DNA from: a virus | DNA length: 64,000 bases | Virus record (IMG/VR): IMGVR_UViG_3300010396_000037 | Direction: 5' to 3' (one strand) | Translations under genes and position numbers: made by a program | Notes under the pieces: generated by a model | What the model was told of the DNA's origin: nothing | The model's database searches: none | The model's input: the letters and a program-made list of their open reading frames with translations, nothing else | Shown here: positions 38,323 through 47,112 of the stretch, in pieces | How the letters are laid out: each line of letters opens with the position of its first letter | How positions within the stretch are numbered: position 1 is the first letter of the stretch

Positions 38323-38857
38323 AACCCATGCCGATGATGCCTTTTTGAGTATGGGGCAGCATTTAGAAGATTGGCATAAACAAAGGATTCCTACAGCTAT
38401 TGTTACAGTTTTCAGTGGTACTAGAAAGAGAGCTGTAGATGCACAGAAATACGCAGATGCTGTAGGAGCAAAATGGGAAGGTTGGGGGTTTGTAGAAGGG
38501 GAACCATTACCCAATGATCTTTCTATGTATTTGCAAAATTCAAAAATATCTTTATTTCCTTTCTCGGAAAGTGTTGAATGGTATATAAATCTTGCTCTAA
38601 CACACCCGGAACATAAGAGGGTAAGAGAGTTGCTGGAACCTGCGGCAGCTGGAATGTATGTTGATCAGCCTTATGCTATCACACAAAAGAATGCTCCTAT
38701 TGTAACAGAACTCATGAAAGGAAGAACAGTTCTGAGTTACAAACATCCTGGGAAGCGTAAGTATCGCCACATTCCTCTGTTCAAAGACCAATCAAAGTTC
38801 TTTTATTTCAACAATGAAGAGAAACTTCTTCAGACCTTTGAAATGATCGTCCAATAA
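38291..38857 (+). CDS. PIG-L/LmbE-family N-acetylhexosamine deacetylase
   Basis: E.HADD...S.G, VTVFSG, R.......A..VG, HPEH, Y.DQPY. Confidence 0.75.
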   Translation: MAGNIPQIVCETHADDAFLSMGQHLEDWHKQRIPTAIVTVFSGTRKRAVDAQKYADAVGAKWEGWGFVEGEPLPNDLSMYLQNSKISLFPFSESVEWYINLALTHPEHKRVRELLEPAAAGMYVDQPYAITQKNAPIVTELMKGRTVLSYKHPGKRKYRHIPLFKDQSKFFYFNNEEKLLQTFEMIVQ

Positions 38858-38885
38858 ATAAAATAGTTATTTACATAGAGACAGA

Positions 38886-39440
38886 ATGATGAAGACTTTC
38901 ACTGAATTCTTGGTAGAATCTTCCTTCACCCACGATAGGAAAGAATATGAAAGTCATCCTTTCCTGAAATCTAAAGGACTAACCAGATTGCGCAATGGCG
39001 CAAAAATTGTCGACAGTGATGATGGATCAATCTATCATGATCATTCTTCTAAAAATCCTCATGTAGTATATGCGTTCAAACAAGATGGCGAACATCATGT
39101 GCATGTTTATCCTGGAGATCCTAGATCAACAGAACCCACACATGCTGGAGTCGGCAAAACTCCAACCGAAGCAATGAATAATTTGAAACCTTTCAAACAG
39201 TATGCCAAGAAATATTTAGATGAGTCTGTTCTGAAGGAATTCCATCCAACGCCTGCTGGAAAGGAAGTTCCTGGGGCCGAGAGTGATCAAGGCGCTGAGA
39301 AATATGTCAAACAAGTGAATGGCAAGTGGGCACTGGTTTCACGTCATACTGGTCGTCCATTGAAATATTTTGATAGCAAACCTTCTCGTGAAGAGGCTGG
39401 CAAAGCTCTCCGCACGGTTGAATACTTCAAACACTCTTAA
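38886..39440 (+). CDS. Internal head protein with T4-type capsid-targeting sequence
   Basis: N-terminus MKTFTEFLVE resembles T4 IP CTS MKTYQEFIAE; late box ATAAATA at 38854-38860. Confidence 0.75.
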   Translation: MMKTFTEFLVESSFTHDRKEYESHPFLKSKGLTRLRNGAKIVDSDDGSIYHDHSSKNPHVVYAFKQDGEHHVHVYPGDPRSTEPTHAGVGKTPTEAMNNLKPFKQYAKKYLDESVLKEFHPTPAGKEVPGAESDQGAEKYVKQVNGKWALVSRHTGRPLKYFDSKPSREEAGKALRTVEYFKHS

Positions 39441-39464
39441 TTTTGAATCAAACTGGCTTACACT
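39441..39464 (+). promoter_or_regulatory. TTTTGAA-N11-TACACT promoter-like motif
   Basis: Intergenic; motif recurrence. Confidence 0.6.
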
Positions 39465-39489
39465 AAACTTTTCCTAGTTGGAGGAGTTT

Positions 39490-39711
39490 ATGAGTCTGCC
39501 CAAAATTGAATTATGGAATCAGTCTCCAACTGAATTCAGTTATACAACTGAAAATAATGTAAGATATATGATAATCCCACTCCAACATACTGGAAAGCGG
39601 AGTTTAAGGATTTTTGATCCGCATGTATTGGGATGGAAATCTTTTGGACCATATGATACTACTAAGCAAGCTTATCAGGCAGCTTGCGAGTATGACAACA
39701 CACATGCCTGA
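39490..39711 (+). CDS. Hypothetical protein
   Basis: GGAGGAG SD. Confidence 0.6.
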   Translation: MSLPKIELWNQSPTEFSYTTENNVRYMIIPLQHTGKRSLRIFDPHVLGWKSFGPYDTTKQAYQAACEYDNTHA

Positions 39712-39733
39712 AACACACACATAGGAGAAACAA

Positions 39734-40009
39734 ATGAATAGTAAATCACAAACGCCGTATGAACTTAGAGCAGAACTTCTGAAGCGCGCCATTGACTTGG
39801 TCACTTATCAGACAGATGCAAATTATCAATATGCATTGGAGAATTTCAATAATGTTGCTCGTCTCATTGAATATTCCAATCAATTGAAGGATGAAGGATT
39901 TGTTGAAGCCAAGAAGCAGTTAGAAATGGCTAAAGATGGTTACAAGAGCATTATGTCTGCAGCGTTGGAAATGGCCGAATCCATGAATGCGTTCGTTTCC
40001 AAGAACTAA
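39734..40009 (+). CDS. Hypothetical helical protein
   Basis: PYELR.ELL..A.....A.....FV pattern; AGGAG SD. Confidence 0.65.
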   Translation: MNSKSQTPYELRAELLKRAIDLVTYQTDANYQYALENFNNVARLIEYSNQLKDEGFVEAKKQLEMAKDGYKSIMSAALEMAESMNAFVSKN

Positions 40010-40560
40010 TGAACATAGCTGGAATTGATTGGAGTATGACTTCACCCGCTATCTGCATTGCAGATAGCGGTTATCCTTTTTGTTATGAGGATTGTAGATT
40101 TCATTTTTTCAGCAAGAAGGCTGATGATACAATCCAGCTTTTGCCTTATGATCCAATCCCAGCTTGGGACTCGCAGGAAGAAAGATTTCATTGGTATTCT
40201 AATTGGGCTCTAGATATTCTTTGGTTCTACAGAGTCAAGAAAGTAGTGATAGAAGGATATGCGTTTGGTTCTTCATCTGGTCTTGTCTTCAATATCGGGG
40301 AATCAACAGGTGCTTTGAAACAGATGATGTGGAAGAAGGGAATAGAATTTGAGACTGTTCCACCAACTGTTGTAAAGAAATTTGCGACAGGCAAAGGAAA
40401 CGCCAACAAGGACAAATTAAGAGAGCAGTTTGAAACAGAAAGTGGTTACACGCAGCTCAAAGCAGTGTTACATGAAACTGAAAAGCAGAACAATCCGTCA
40501 TCAGATATAGTGGATTCATATTTCATTTGTAAATATCTGTGGACACAGGTAAATTCTTGA
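40009..40560 (+). CDS. RuvC-like nuclease/resolvase
   Basis: IAGID.S.TSPAIC, IEGYAF, IGE.TG.LK, P..VKKFATGKGNA.K, DIVDSY. Confidence 0.85.
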   Translation: MNIAGIDWSMTSPAICIADSGYPFCYEDCRFHFFSKKADDTIQLLPYDPIPAWDSQEERFHWYSNWALDILWFYRVKKVVIEGYAFGSSSGLVFNIGESTGALKQMMWKKGIEFETVPPTVVKKFATGKGNANKDKLREQFETESGYTQLKAVLHETEKQNNPSSDIVDSYFICKYLWTQVNS

Positions 40561-40664
40561 TTTTGTGGGTTTCTAATTCAATAAAATTAATGACTTAGGG
40601 ACGCTGTAAACTCTAACCCACACTACCCTACATTTCGTTCCTAAATCAACTGAATTTGACGTTT

Positions 40665-40925
40665 ATGACAGTCTATGTAGACAATATGCAGGCACAGTTC
40701 AAAAGAATGACAATGTGTCATATGTTGGCTGATACTACAGAAGAACTGTTAGAAATGGCTGATAAGATTGGAGTTGCTAGGAAGTGGTTACAGAAAGCTG
40801 GCACTTTGCATGAGCATTTTGATATTTGTATATCTAAGCGTAAACTAGCTGTTCAAGCAGGAGCCAGAGAAATAACATTGAGGCAGACTGGCGAACTGAT
40901 TCATAAAAAACGTGAACAGTTGTGA
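40665..40925 (+). CDS. DUF4031-like protein
   Basis: MTVYVD....M.HM.ADT.EEL..MA..IG..RKW.Q....HFDI...KR..A...GA. Confidence 0.75.
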   Translation: MTVYVDNMQAQFKRMTMCHMLADTTEELLEMADKIGVARKWLQKAGTLHEHFDICISKRKLAVQAGAREITLRQTGELIHKKREQL

Positions 40926-40999
40926 TTTAACAATCGTTAAGGTTAGAGTGATGAAAATGAGTTATACTAAGTCGTTCCCCACTTTGAGAGGCTATCATA

Positions 41000-42049
41000 A
41001 TGGCTAACCGTGCTGCGGTTATGGATAGGCTGTATGGTTCTGAACCTCTTGTCATCAATGCGCAAGGCATTGAACTGATCAAGCTGATGAACTGGTACAA
41101 TATGAATGCTGAACCAGAAGATCGTCGCAAGTGGATCGTTGACTATGCTAAGAACAGACTGCACTACAGTGATACTGATTTGTCTTTGTTGTCAGGAGCT
41201 GCTTTGCAGATGGTTCAAACCATTCCATATTGCGCTCGCGCTATATTGAAAGGTAGCACATTTCATGATCAATTGAATGTGGTCAATTTGATTGACAATA
41301 CTTGTAAGGAAGTGGTTCAGAAAGCTCGCGCCAGTTACAATGAAAACCATTCTCAACGTGAGCAAAATAGAATCCGTTCTGAAATGGTCAGGAAAGTTAT
41401 TGTCTCAAACGCCTACTGGAACATTTTCGATCAGTTGGAAAATGGCAAGGGTGATGTTAAGCTGACTGCGCTGTCAGAACTGACGATACCTGAAATGGAG
41501 CGCATCAAAACTCACATTGAGTCTTCTTTGAATGAATACAAAGAAGCCAAGAATGATCCAGAAGGTTATGAGTGCATCAATTTTAGGGCCATGATCAAAC
41601 GTCTTGAAAAGACGCTCGATGATATCAATCAACAGACCAGCACTGTAAAGGCTCGCAAGAAAGTCACAGTGATCAGGAAGCATAAGCCTATCAGTGCGGC
41701 AAAGCAAGTCTCCAAGTTGCGGTATGCCAAGGAGATAGATGGCTTCAAGTCTGTGAATCCGGAAGCCATACTGACTGCCAGCTTGTTGTTTGTTTATGAT
41801 GAAAAGACCAGGAAACTGGTTAAGTTTCAGAATCCTGACGGCACGAAACTGGCGATCGCCAGCAGCAAGGTTAAGGCCCACACTATTACAGCCAGGACAG
41901 TTCGCAAGCCTTCGCTCGTGCTTACAGAGATGCGTAAAGGCACTATCAAGACAGCTGAAAGAGTGTATGAAACACTTACCACCAAAGAACAAGTTCACAG
42001 TGGGCGTCTGACTGACAAATGCTTAATTTTGCGGGTCAATGCGGTATAA
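41000..42049 (+). CDS. Conserved hypothetical protein of T4-like phages
   Basis: NWYN; C-terminal VSKL.Y...SVNP..I..A..L.VY..KTRKL, RKP, GRL....LIL. Confidence 0.7.
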   Translation: MANRAAVMDRLYGSEPLVINAQGIELIKLMNWYNMNAEPEDRRKWIVDYAKNRLHYSDTDLSLLSGAALQMVQTIPYCARAILKGSTFHDQLNVVNLIDNTCKEVVQKARASYNENHSQREQNRIRSEMVRKVIVSNAYWNIFDQLENGKGDVKLTALSELTIPEMERIKTHIESSLNEYKEAKNDPEGYECINFRAMIKRLEKTLDDINQQTSTVKARKKVTVIRKHKPISAAKQVSKLRYAKEIDGFKSVNPEAILTASLLFVYDEKTRKLVKFQNPDGTKLAIASSKVKAHTITARTVRKPSLVLTEMRKGTIKTAERVYETLTTKEQVHSGRLTDKCLILRVNAV

Positions 42050-42230
42050 TCATGATATTGTGATCGGGAACATTAACATGAAAATTAGAAACCAGTACAT
42101 TTGTTTGATCATTGGATGGTTGTTTTATTTCTTTGGTCTGGTGTTTCATACTTTTTGGCTTGGCACCGTATGCTATGGATTGGCTTGTTTCTTCTTTATC
42201 ACATCAATCGTGAGTGCTTTCTACGAGTAG
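42039..42230 (+). CDS. Small membrane protein
   Basis: Two hydrophobic segments. Confidence 0.5.
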   Translation: MRYNHDIVIGNINMKIRNQYICLIIGWLFYFFGLVFHTFWLGTVCYGLACFFFITSIVSAFYE

Positions 42231-42239
42231 AGGTATTAA

Positions 42240-42401
42240 ATGAAAGTTTGGTATAAGGACTGGCACTACTGGGCAGGTGCGTTGTCTATCTGGCTTGGAT
42301 TTTTTGCAGACAGACCTCACTTGAACATTATTAGTTATAGCTTCGTGATTGGTTACATATTCACACTCTTGGGCATTGGCCTTTTGTACAGAGAACAATG
42401 A
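42240..42401 (+). CDS. Small membrane protein (53 aa)
   Basis: MKVWYKDWHYWAGALSIWLGFF...; GAGG SD, ATGA overlap with rnh. Confidence 0.5.
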   Translation: MKVWYKDWHYWAGALSIWLGFFADRPHLNIISYSFVIGYIFTLLGIGLLYREQ

Positions 42402-43318
42402 TACTTGTAGACTTCTCCCAGATAGCTTATGCGGCGATACACGCAACTACGAAATCAGGCAGAGTTGATGAAAGTTTCTTACGTCATCTTGTCCTGAATT
42501 CTGTACTGCACATCCAGCGTAAGCATTCGCATAAGTATGGTAAGGAGATCGTTCTTGCCTGCGACAACCGTCATTGCTGGCGTGTTGACAGTTTCCCCCC
42601 ATACAAATGGGAACGCCGTAACAACGAGACGAAGGACGAACTTGACTGGGATTCTATACACGCATCATTAAACAATATTCAACAGGAAATCAGAAACCAT
42701 TTTAGATATTCTGTTGTGAATGTTGATGGCGCTGAAGGCGATGATGTGATAGGTGTATTGGCTAATCATGCTTGGGTTCAAGAACGAGAAATCGGTCCTG
42801 CAGAATTTGGTGGATTGATATTGGAAAGCGATCGACCAAGACTGGAAAGTTATCCAACTCTAATTGTCTCTTCTGATAAGGATTATGGCCAATTAGGGTA
42901 CATAGCTGATCAGTATGACCCCAAGAAGAAAGTGTTCATCACTTCTCCTGATCCAGATGGAGCACTGCGTTACTTAGTATTGAAAGGGGATTCATGTGAT
43001 GGTATCCCCAACATATTGAGTGATGATGATGTGTTCATGGACAAGAATAAGAAACAGAAGCCTGTTGGTCAAAAGAAATTGATGGAATGGGCTGCACTCA
43101 CGGATCAACAGTTGAAAGATTCTAATCCTGCTATTGCAAAGAATTGGGAACGCAACAACACGTTAATCAATTTGAGAAATAAAACACCAACAGATATTGC
43201 TTCCAAGATCGTGTATGAATATCAACAACAGATTGGCAAGAATTCTAATGGCCTGATGGATTACTTCTTTAAGAATCACTTACACAAATTGATGCAAGAC
43301 ATTCAGGAGTTTCAATGA
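42398..43318 (+). CDS. rnh: RNase H / 5'-3' exonuclease
   Basis: MILVDFSQI, ACD...WR...P.YK..R, EGDDVI, SSDKD..QL, KGD..DGIPN, RN..LI. Confidence 0.93.
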   Translation: MILVDFSQIAYAAIHATTKSGRVDESFLRHLVLNSVLHIQRKHSHKYGKEIVLACDNRHCWRVDSFPPYKWERRNNETKDELDWDSIHASLNNIQQEIRNHFRYSVVNVDGAEGDDVIGVLANHAWVQEREIGPAEFGGLILESDRPRLESYPTLIVSSDKDYGQLGYIADQYDPKKKVFITSPDPDGALRYLVLKGDSCDGIPNILSDDDVFMDKNKKQKPVGQKKLMEWAALTDQQLKDSNPAIAKNWERNNTLINLRNKTPTDIASKIVYEYQQQIGKNSNGLMDYFFKNHLHKLMQDIQEFQ

Positions 43319-43761
43319 TTAGAAAAGCAATGGGCTCTATTATCAAACAAGTTTGTGGCTTGAAGAATGACGCTGAAAAGATTTCATTTCTAAGACAGAA
43401 TTGTAGTGCACCCCAATTCAAGACAGTCTTGTGGCTATGGACTACAGACAAAGTTCATTTTAATCTCCCTGAAGGCAAACCCCCCTATGACCACAAGAAT
43501 GATGGTTATGATGAAGGAGCCGAAGAAGAAATTTTGTACATGGAGGCACGTAAACTAATAAACGTGACTGACCATGGTGTGATGAAACACCAGCACAAAT
43601 TTAAGCGTGAACAGTGGTTTATTGATTTGATAAAGGATGTTCATCCGGATGATGCTGACTTGTTGTGTTGGGTCAAGGATAAGACATTTCCTGATGGTCT
43701 CAATAGAAATATCATTATGAAAGCGATTCCCTCCCTTAAGAGCATGGATAATTCATGTTGA
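43315..43761 (+). CDS. Conserved hypothetical protein downstream of rnh
   Basis: LPEG.PPY, L..E.RKL, KRE..FI.L...VHP.DA.LL...KDK. Confidence 0.7.
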   Translation: MIRKAMGSIIKQVCGLKNDAEKISFLRQNCSAPQFKTVLWLWTTDKVHFNLPEGKPPYDHKNDGYDEGAEEEILYMEARKLINVTDHGVMKHQHKFKREQWFIDLIKDVHPDDADLLCWVKDKTFPDGLNRNIIMKAIPSLKSMDNSC

Positions 43762-44612
43762 AAATAATTACTGATGTTGATGGTGTGTTGTTAGACTGGT
43801 TTAATGGATTTGAAAAGTGGATCACTGAAGTCAAGGGCGTGAAGCCCACTCATGATGCCACACCGTCAATGTATAAATTGACGGATAAATATCCGTTCAC
43901 AAGTAAGGAAATAGTTAAACTGATTGAAGAGTTTAATAGCAGTCCTTATTTCGGTGAATTGAAGCCAATTGATGGCTCTGTAGAGTTTCTCAAAAAGCTT
44001 CTTGAAGATAATACCAAAGAAGTAGCTTGGCTTTCTGCTGGTTCAGTTGCAGGTCAAGAAGAATTATGTTTTGATATGCGCGCTAATAACCTAAAGGAAT
44101 GCTTTGGAACTGATATTACAGGCACCCTTTTAGTCATGGACACACCCAAAGACGCTTACCTAGAAAAATACAAAGAAGAAATGGGTGATAGTCTGGTTTT
44201 CATAGAAGATTCTTTGAGTCATGCTGAAACTGCGATTAAACTTGGTATCAGAACCATTCTGCTTGGAACCACTTACAATAACACCAAGAACAAATCAAAG
44301 CTGTTGTACAGAGCTGAAAGCTGGGAAAACATTTACAATATTATTGATAAAATTGAGAAGGAAATAGAGTATATGAACACGCATGTATCTCGTACTGGAC
44401 AAACTGCAAAACACTGGAAATATTTGAAAGAAAAGAAAGCAACCAATCCAACATACAAACATGTGAGTGCTGAAGTTTCAATGATTCCAAATCCATTGGG
44501 TGAAATGTTGCCGCCTATTCCAATGGTGTCTAGGCCAGGGAACACTTACAACATTGGGCGCAACAAGGCAAAACGTGAAAAGAAAGCGATGAGGAGAATC
44601 CAGAATGGATAA
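43755..44612 (+). CDS. HAD-superfamily 5'(3')-deoxyribonucleotidase-like protein with basic C-terminal extension
   Basis: DVDGVLLDW, K...L, FIEDS, YN, W..I. Confidence 0.8.
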   Translation: MLKIITDVDGVLLDWFNGFEKWITEVKGVKPTHDATPSMYKLTDKYPFTSKEIVKLIEEFNSSPYFGELKPIDGSVEFLKKLLEDNTKEVAWLSAGSVAGQEELCFDMRANNLKECFGTDITGTLLVMDTPKDAYLEKYKEEMGDSLVFIEDSLSHAETAIKLGIRTILLGTTYNNTKNKSKLLYRAESWENIYNIIDKIEKEIEYMNTHVSRTGQTAKHWKYLKEKKATNPTYKHVSAEVSMIPNPLGEMLPPIPMVSRPGNTYNIGRNKAKREKKAMRRIQNG

Positions 44613-44913
44613 TTATGCGGCTAAAAGTGAAGTACAGGAAGATATTTCAGCAGAAGCTGATAAGCATCAAGTGTTGAATAAACAACTTGATGAAGCTATT
44701 AGTTATCTGGAAAGTTCTCTTGATAGAGTTCTTATTCCAGAGAAGGAAAAGGCAATACTGGGCGATTCAAGTGTAAGCTACGCTATCAATGCAGCTCCAG
44801 CTCCTTCGCAACCAAGGAGTAAATTGAGTGTCTGGATGAGTCGCAGAAATGATGTATTAGAGCGTGCCATTGAAAGGATCAATAATCTGCGCACAAGATT
44901 GGATATAATTTGA
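44605..44913 (+). CDS. Hypothetical coiled-coil protein
   Basis: GAGGAG SD, overlapping start. Confidence 0.6.
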   Translation: MDNYAAKSEVQEDISAEADKHQVLNKQLDEAISYLESSLDRVLIPEKEKAILGDSSVSYAINAAPAPSQPRSKLSVWMSRRNDVLERAIERINNLRTRLDII

Positions 44914-45956
44914 TGCGAACAGTTTTTAATACAAACAAGAAATCCAGGAAGCCATCACTTTTCTTTGGTGATGGTTTGTCTGTTGCTAGATTCGATGAAC
45001 AGAATTTTGAAATCTTTGAAAAGTTGACCAAACGGCAGCTGGGTTATTTCTGGAAGCCAGATGAAGTAGATGTTTCTAAGGATATCAAGGACTTCCGTGC
45101 GTTGAATGAAGCTGAACAACATATTTTCACTTCAAACATCAAACGTCAGGTGATGCTGGATTCTATCCAAGGTCGAAGTCCTGCATTGGTCTTGTTACCT
45201 ATCTGTTCATCTACAGAACTCGAGAATTGGATTCTAACTTGGTCTTTCATGGAGACCATTCATTCTCGTTCTTATTCCTACATCATACAGAATGTATATT
45301 CTGATCCTAGTATTGTACTAGATGATGTGAGTTCTAATCAATATATCAAAGAATGTGCGAATGAAATCAGTTATTACTATGACAGATTGGTAGCAGTGCC
45401 AGCCAAAGAAGAGTTGATTATGCTGCTATATGCAATTGCGGCATTAGAAGGCGTGCGATTCTATGTTTCTTTTGCTTGTTCTTGGGCATTTACAGAACAA
45501 AAAAAATCAATGGAAGGGAATGCTAAACTGATCAAGCTGATTGCTCGCGATGAGAATTTGCATCTTGGAGCAGTACAACATATGATTAAGATACTTCAGA
45601 CCGATCCTTCTTACAAGAAAGCATTTGAAGAAACTCGCCAAGTGGGTATTGATATCTTTGAATCTGTCGCGAAACAAGAAAAAGATTGGACGGATTATTT
45701 GTTCAGGCATGGCGCCATGATAGGTCTGAATACAGACATGTTGAAGAGTTATGTAGATTGGTTGGTGTCCAAGCGTCTATTATCCTTGGGTCTGCCTTCC
45801 TCTTATGTAGGAACCAATCCTCTACCTTGGACCAACAAATGGATCAGTGGTAAGGAAGTCCAGTCCGCTCCCCAGGAGACCACACTGGTCAATTACATAG
45901 CAGGTGACATTAAACAAGACGTGAATGAGAAGACTTTCTCAGGATTTTCACTGTGA
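44910..45956 (+). CDS. nrdB: Ribonucleotide reductase class Ia beta subunit
   Basis: FWKPDEVD..KD, LDSIQGR, ETIHSRSY, LEGVRFYVSFAC, IARDENLH, APQET. Confidence 0.96.
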   Translation: MMRTVFNTNKKSRKPSLFFGDGLSVARFDEQNFEIFEKLTKRQLGYFWKPDEVDVSKDIKDFRALNEAEQHIFTSNIKRQVMLDSIQGRSPALVLLPICSSTELENWILTWSFMETIHSRSYSYIIQNVYSDPSIVLDDVSSNQYIKECANEISYYYDRLVAVPAKEELIMLLYAIAALEGVRFYVSFACSWAFTEQKKSMEGNAKLIKLIARDENLHLGAVQHMIKILQTDPSYKKAFEETRQVGIDIFESVAKQEKDWTDYLFRHGAMIGLNTDMLKSYVDWLVSKRLLSLGLPSSYVGTNPLPWTNKWISGKEVQSAPQETTLVNYIAGDIKQDVNEKTFSGFSL

Positions 45957-45992
45957 GCAATTTGTTGCGGTTAACAAATGAAAGAATAAATC

Positions 45993-46235
45993 ATGAATGA
46001 CTTTGCAAAAATATTTCACACGCCAAAATATGGCCAAGTCCTAATGTTGTTGAAAGCAGATGAGGAAGGCAAGCCTAGATTATGTTTCTTTATGAAGCCT
46101 AATGGACTTGACGTTTGTAACATTGCTCTTGGATTTGATGAATGGGATGATGCAGAAAAAGCATTCGAAGAAGCAAACGATGATATTGCTAGTCAATTGG
46201 CTGAAGCATTGTTCTTATCCATACATTCCCGATAA
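45993..46235 (+). CDS. Hypothetical protein
   Basis: FAK.F....GQVL pattern. Confidence 0.55.
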   Translation: MNDFAKIFHTPKYGQVLMLLKADEEGKPRLCFFMKPNGLDVCNIALGFDEWDDAEKAFEEANDDIASQLAEALFLSIHSR

Positions 46236-46256
46236 GACGGATATAAGGAAGGAACA

Positions 46257-46454
46257 ATGAATGATGTCATAGCTATTCATAGAGCTTGGTATCGAGTTGA
46301 TCCAGCTTACCGAAATGAAAAAAGCTATAGAGTCATGGTATTGAAACCAGAAACAACAGTGTCCGAAATCATTAATTGGTACGAAACTGGAATAAATGTT
46401 ATTGGCAAAGGTGACTTAATTATTTGCGAAGCTCAATTGGAGAAGGGAGAATGA
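46257..46454 (+). CDS. Hypothetical protein
   Basis: AAGGA SD. Confidence 0.55.
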   Translation: MNDVIAIHRAWYRVDPAYRNEKSYRVMVLKPETTVSEIINWYETGINVIGKGDLIICEAQLEKGE

Positions 46455-46741
46455 ATTATGTCAAAAGAGATCAAGTCGTTCAGGATGTTCTGACAGAACT
46501 TGAAAAAGCGGTGCAGAAATATCCTTCATGGCCAACTGATGCTATGCATGCGATTGGTCCATTCAATGAAGAAGCTGGAGAACTGAATCAAGCTCTTTTG
46601 CAGAGAGTATATGAACCCTGGAAAAATGCTGATTGTGATCAAGTTAGAAAGGAAGCGATTCAAGCAGCTGCCATGGCAATTCGCTTCCTGATGAGTGTAG
46701 AAGTGTACAGCTATAATCAATCTGTACAACATAGCCAGTGA
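46451..46741 (+). CDS. MazG-like nucleotide pyrophosphohydrolase
   Basis: EEAGEL..A and RKEAIQ.AAMAIRF. Confidence 0.7.
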   Translation: MNYVKRDQVVQDVLTELEKAVQKYPSWPTDAMHAIGPFNEEAGELNQALLQRVYEPWKNADCDQVRKEAIQAAAMAIRFLMSVEVYSYNQSVQHSQ

Positions 46742-46751
46742 GTATATAATT

Positions 46752-46913
46752 ATGTTTGATAGGATATTATTTTCGATTGCGATGTTGTGTTCAATATCTG
46801 TAATTCTTATTGACGCAATTGTTCCTGGTCAATATAATGGTGGTGAAATGTTGTGGGCTGGAGTAGCAACATTGTGGTGTATCAGTTGGTATATTAATCA
46901 TGAACAAAAATGA
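46752..46913 (+). CDS. Small membrane protein
   Basis: Manual translation MFDRILFSIAMLCSISVILID... Confidence 0.45.
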   Translation: MFDRILFSIAMLCSISVILIDAIVPGQYNGGEMLWAGVATLWCISWYINHEQK

Positions 46914-47112
46914 ACGACAGTCTTTGATGGAATTACTTGAGCGTTTGAAACATATTGAGGGAGCACGAGACGGAGATGAAGCATGTTTAAGATGTGCTCG
47001 TCGTCATCTTGCAGAAGTTCTTGGATTGGATCTTACCCACTATCGCCTAATGTATGAAGAGATTCCTGTTACACGTAAGATGTTCTACAAGCATTACAAG
47101 AAAGTAGAATGA
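46900..47112 (+). CDS. Hypothetical protein
   Basis: ORF in operon. Confidence 0.5.
   Translation: MNKNERQSLMELLERLKHIEGARDGDEACLRCARRHLAEVLGLDLTHYRLMYEEIPVTRKMFYKHYKKVE

Noticed and set aside
37524-38330. Group I intron or gene-60-like ribosomal bypass around the HEG
   Set aside because: Only about 40 nt of 5' and no 3' non-coding sequence, too little for an intron core; an ~800-nt hop is implausible; a new in-frame start explains expression
40561-40660. Intergenic IHF-like site (AATTAATGACTTA) as a functional element
   Set aside because: Single mismatched match in AT-rich DNA; insufficient support
42318-42345. TTGAA...TAGCTT as another TTTGAA-class promoter for rnh
   Set aside because: Spacing and T-run do not fit, and it lies inside a small ORF
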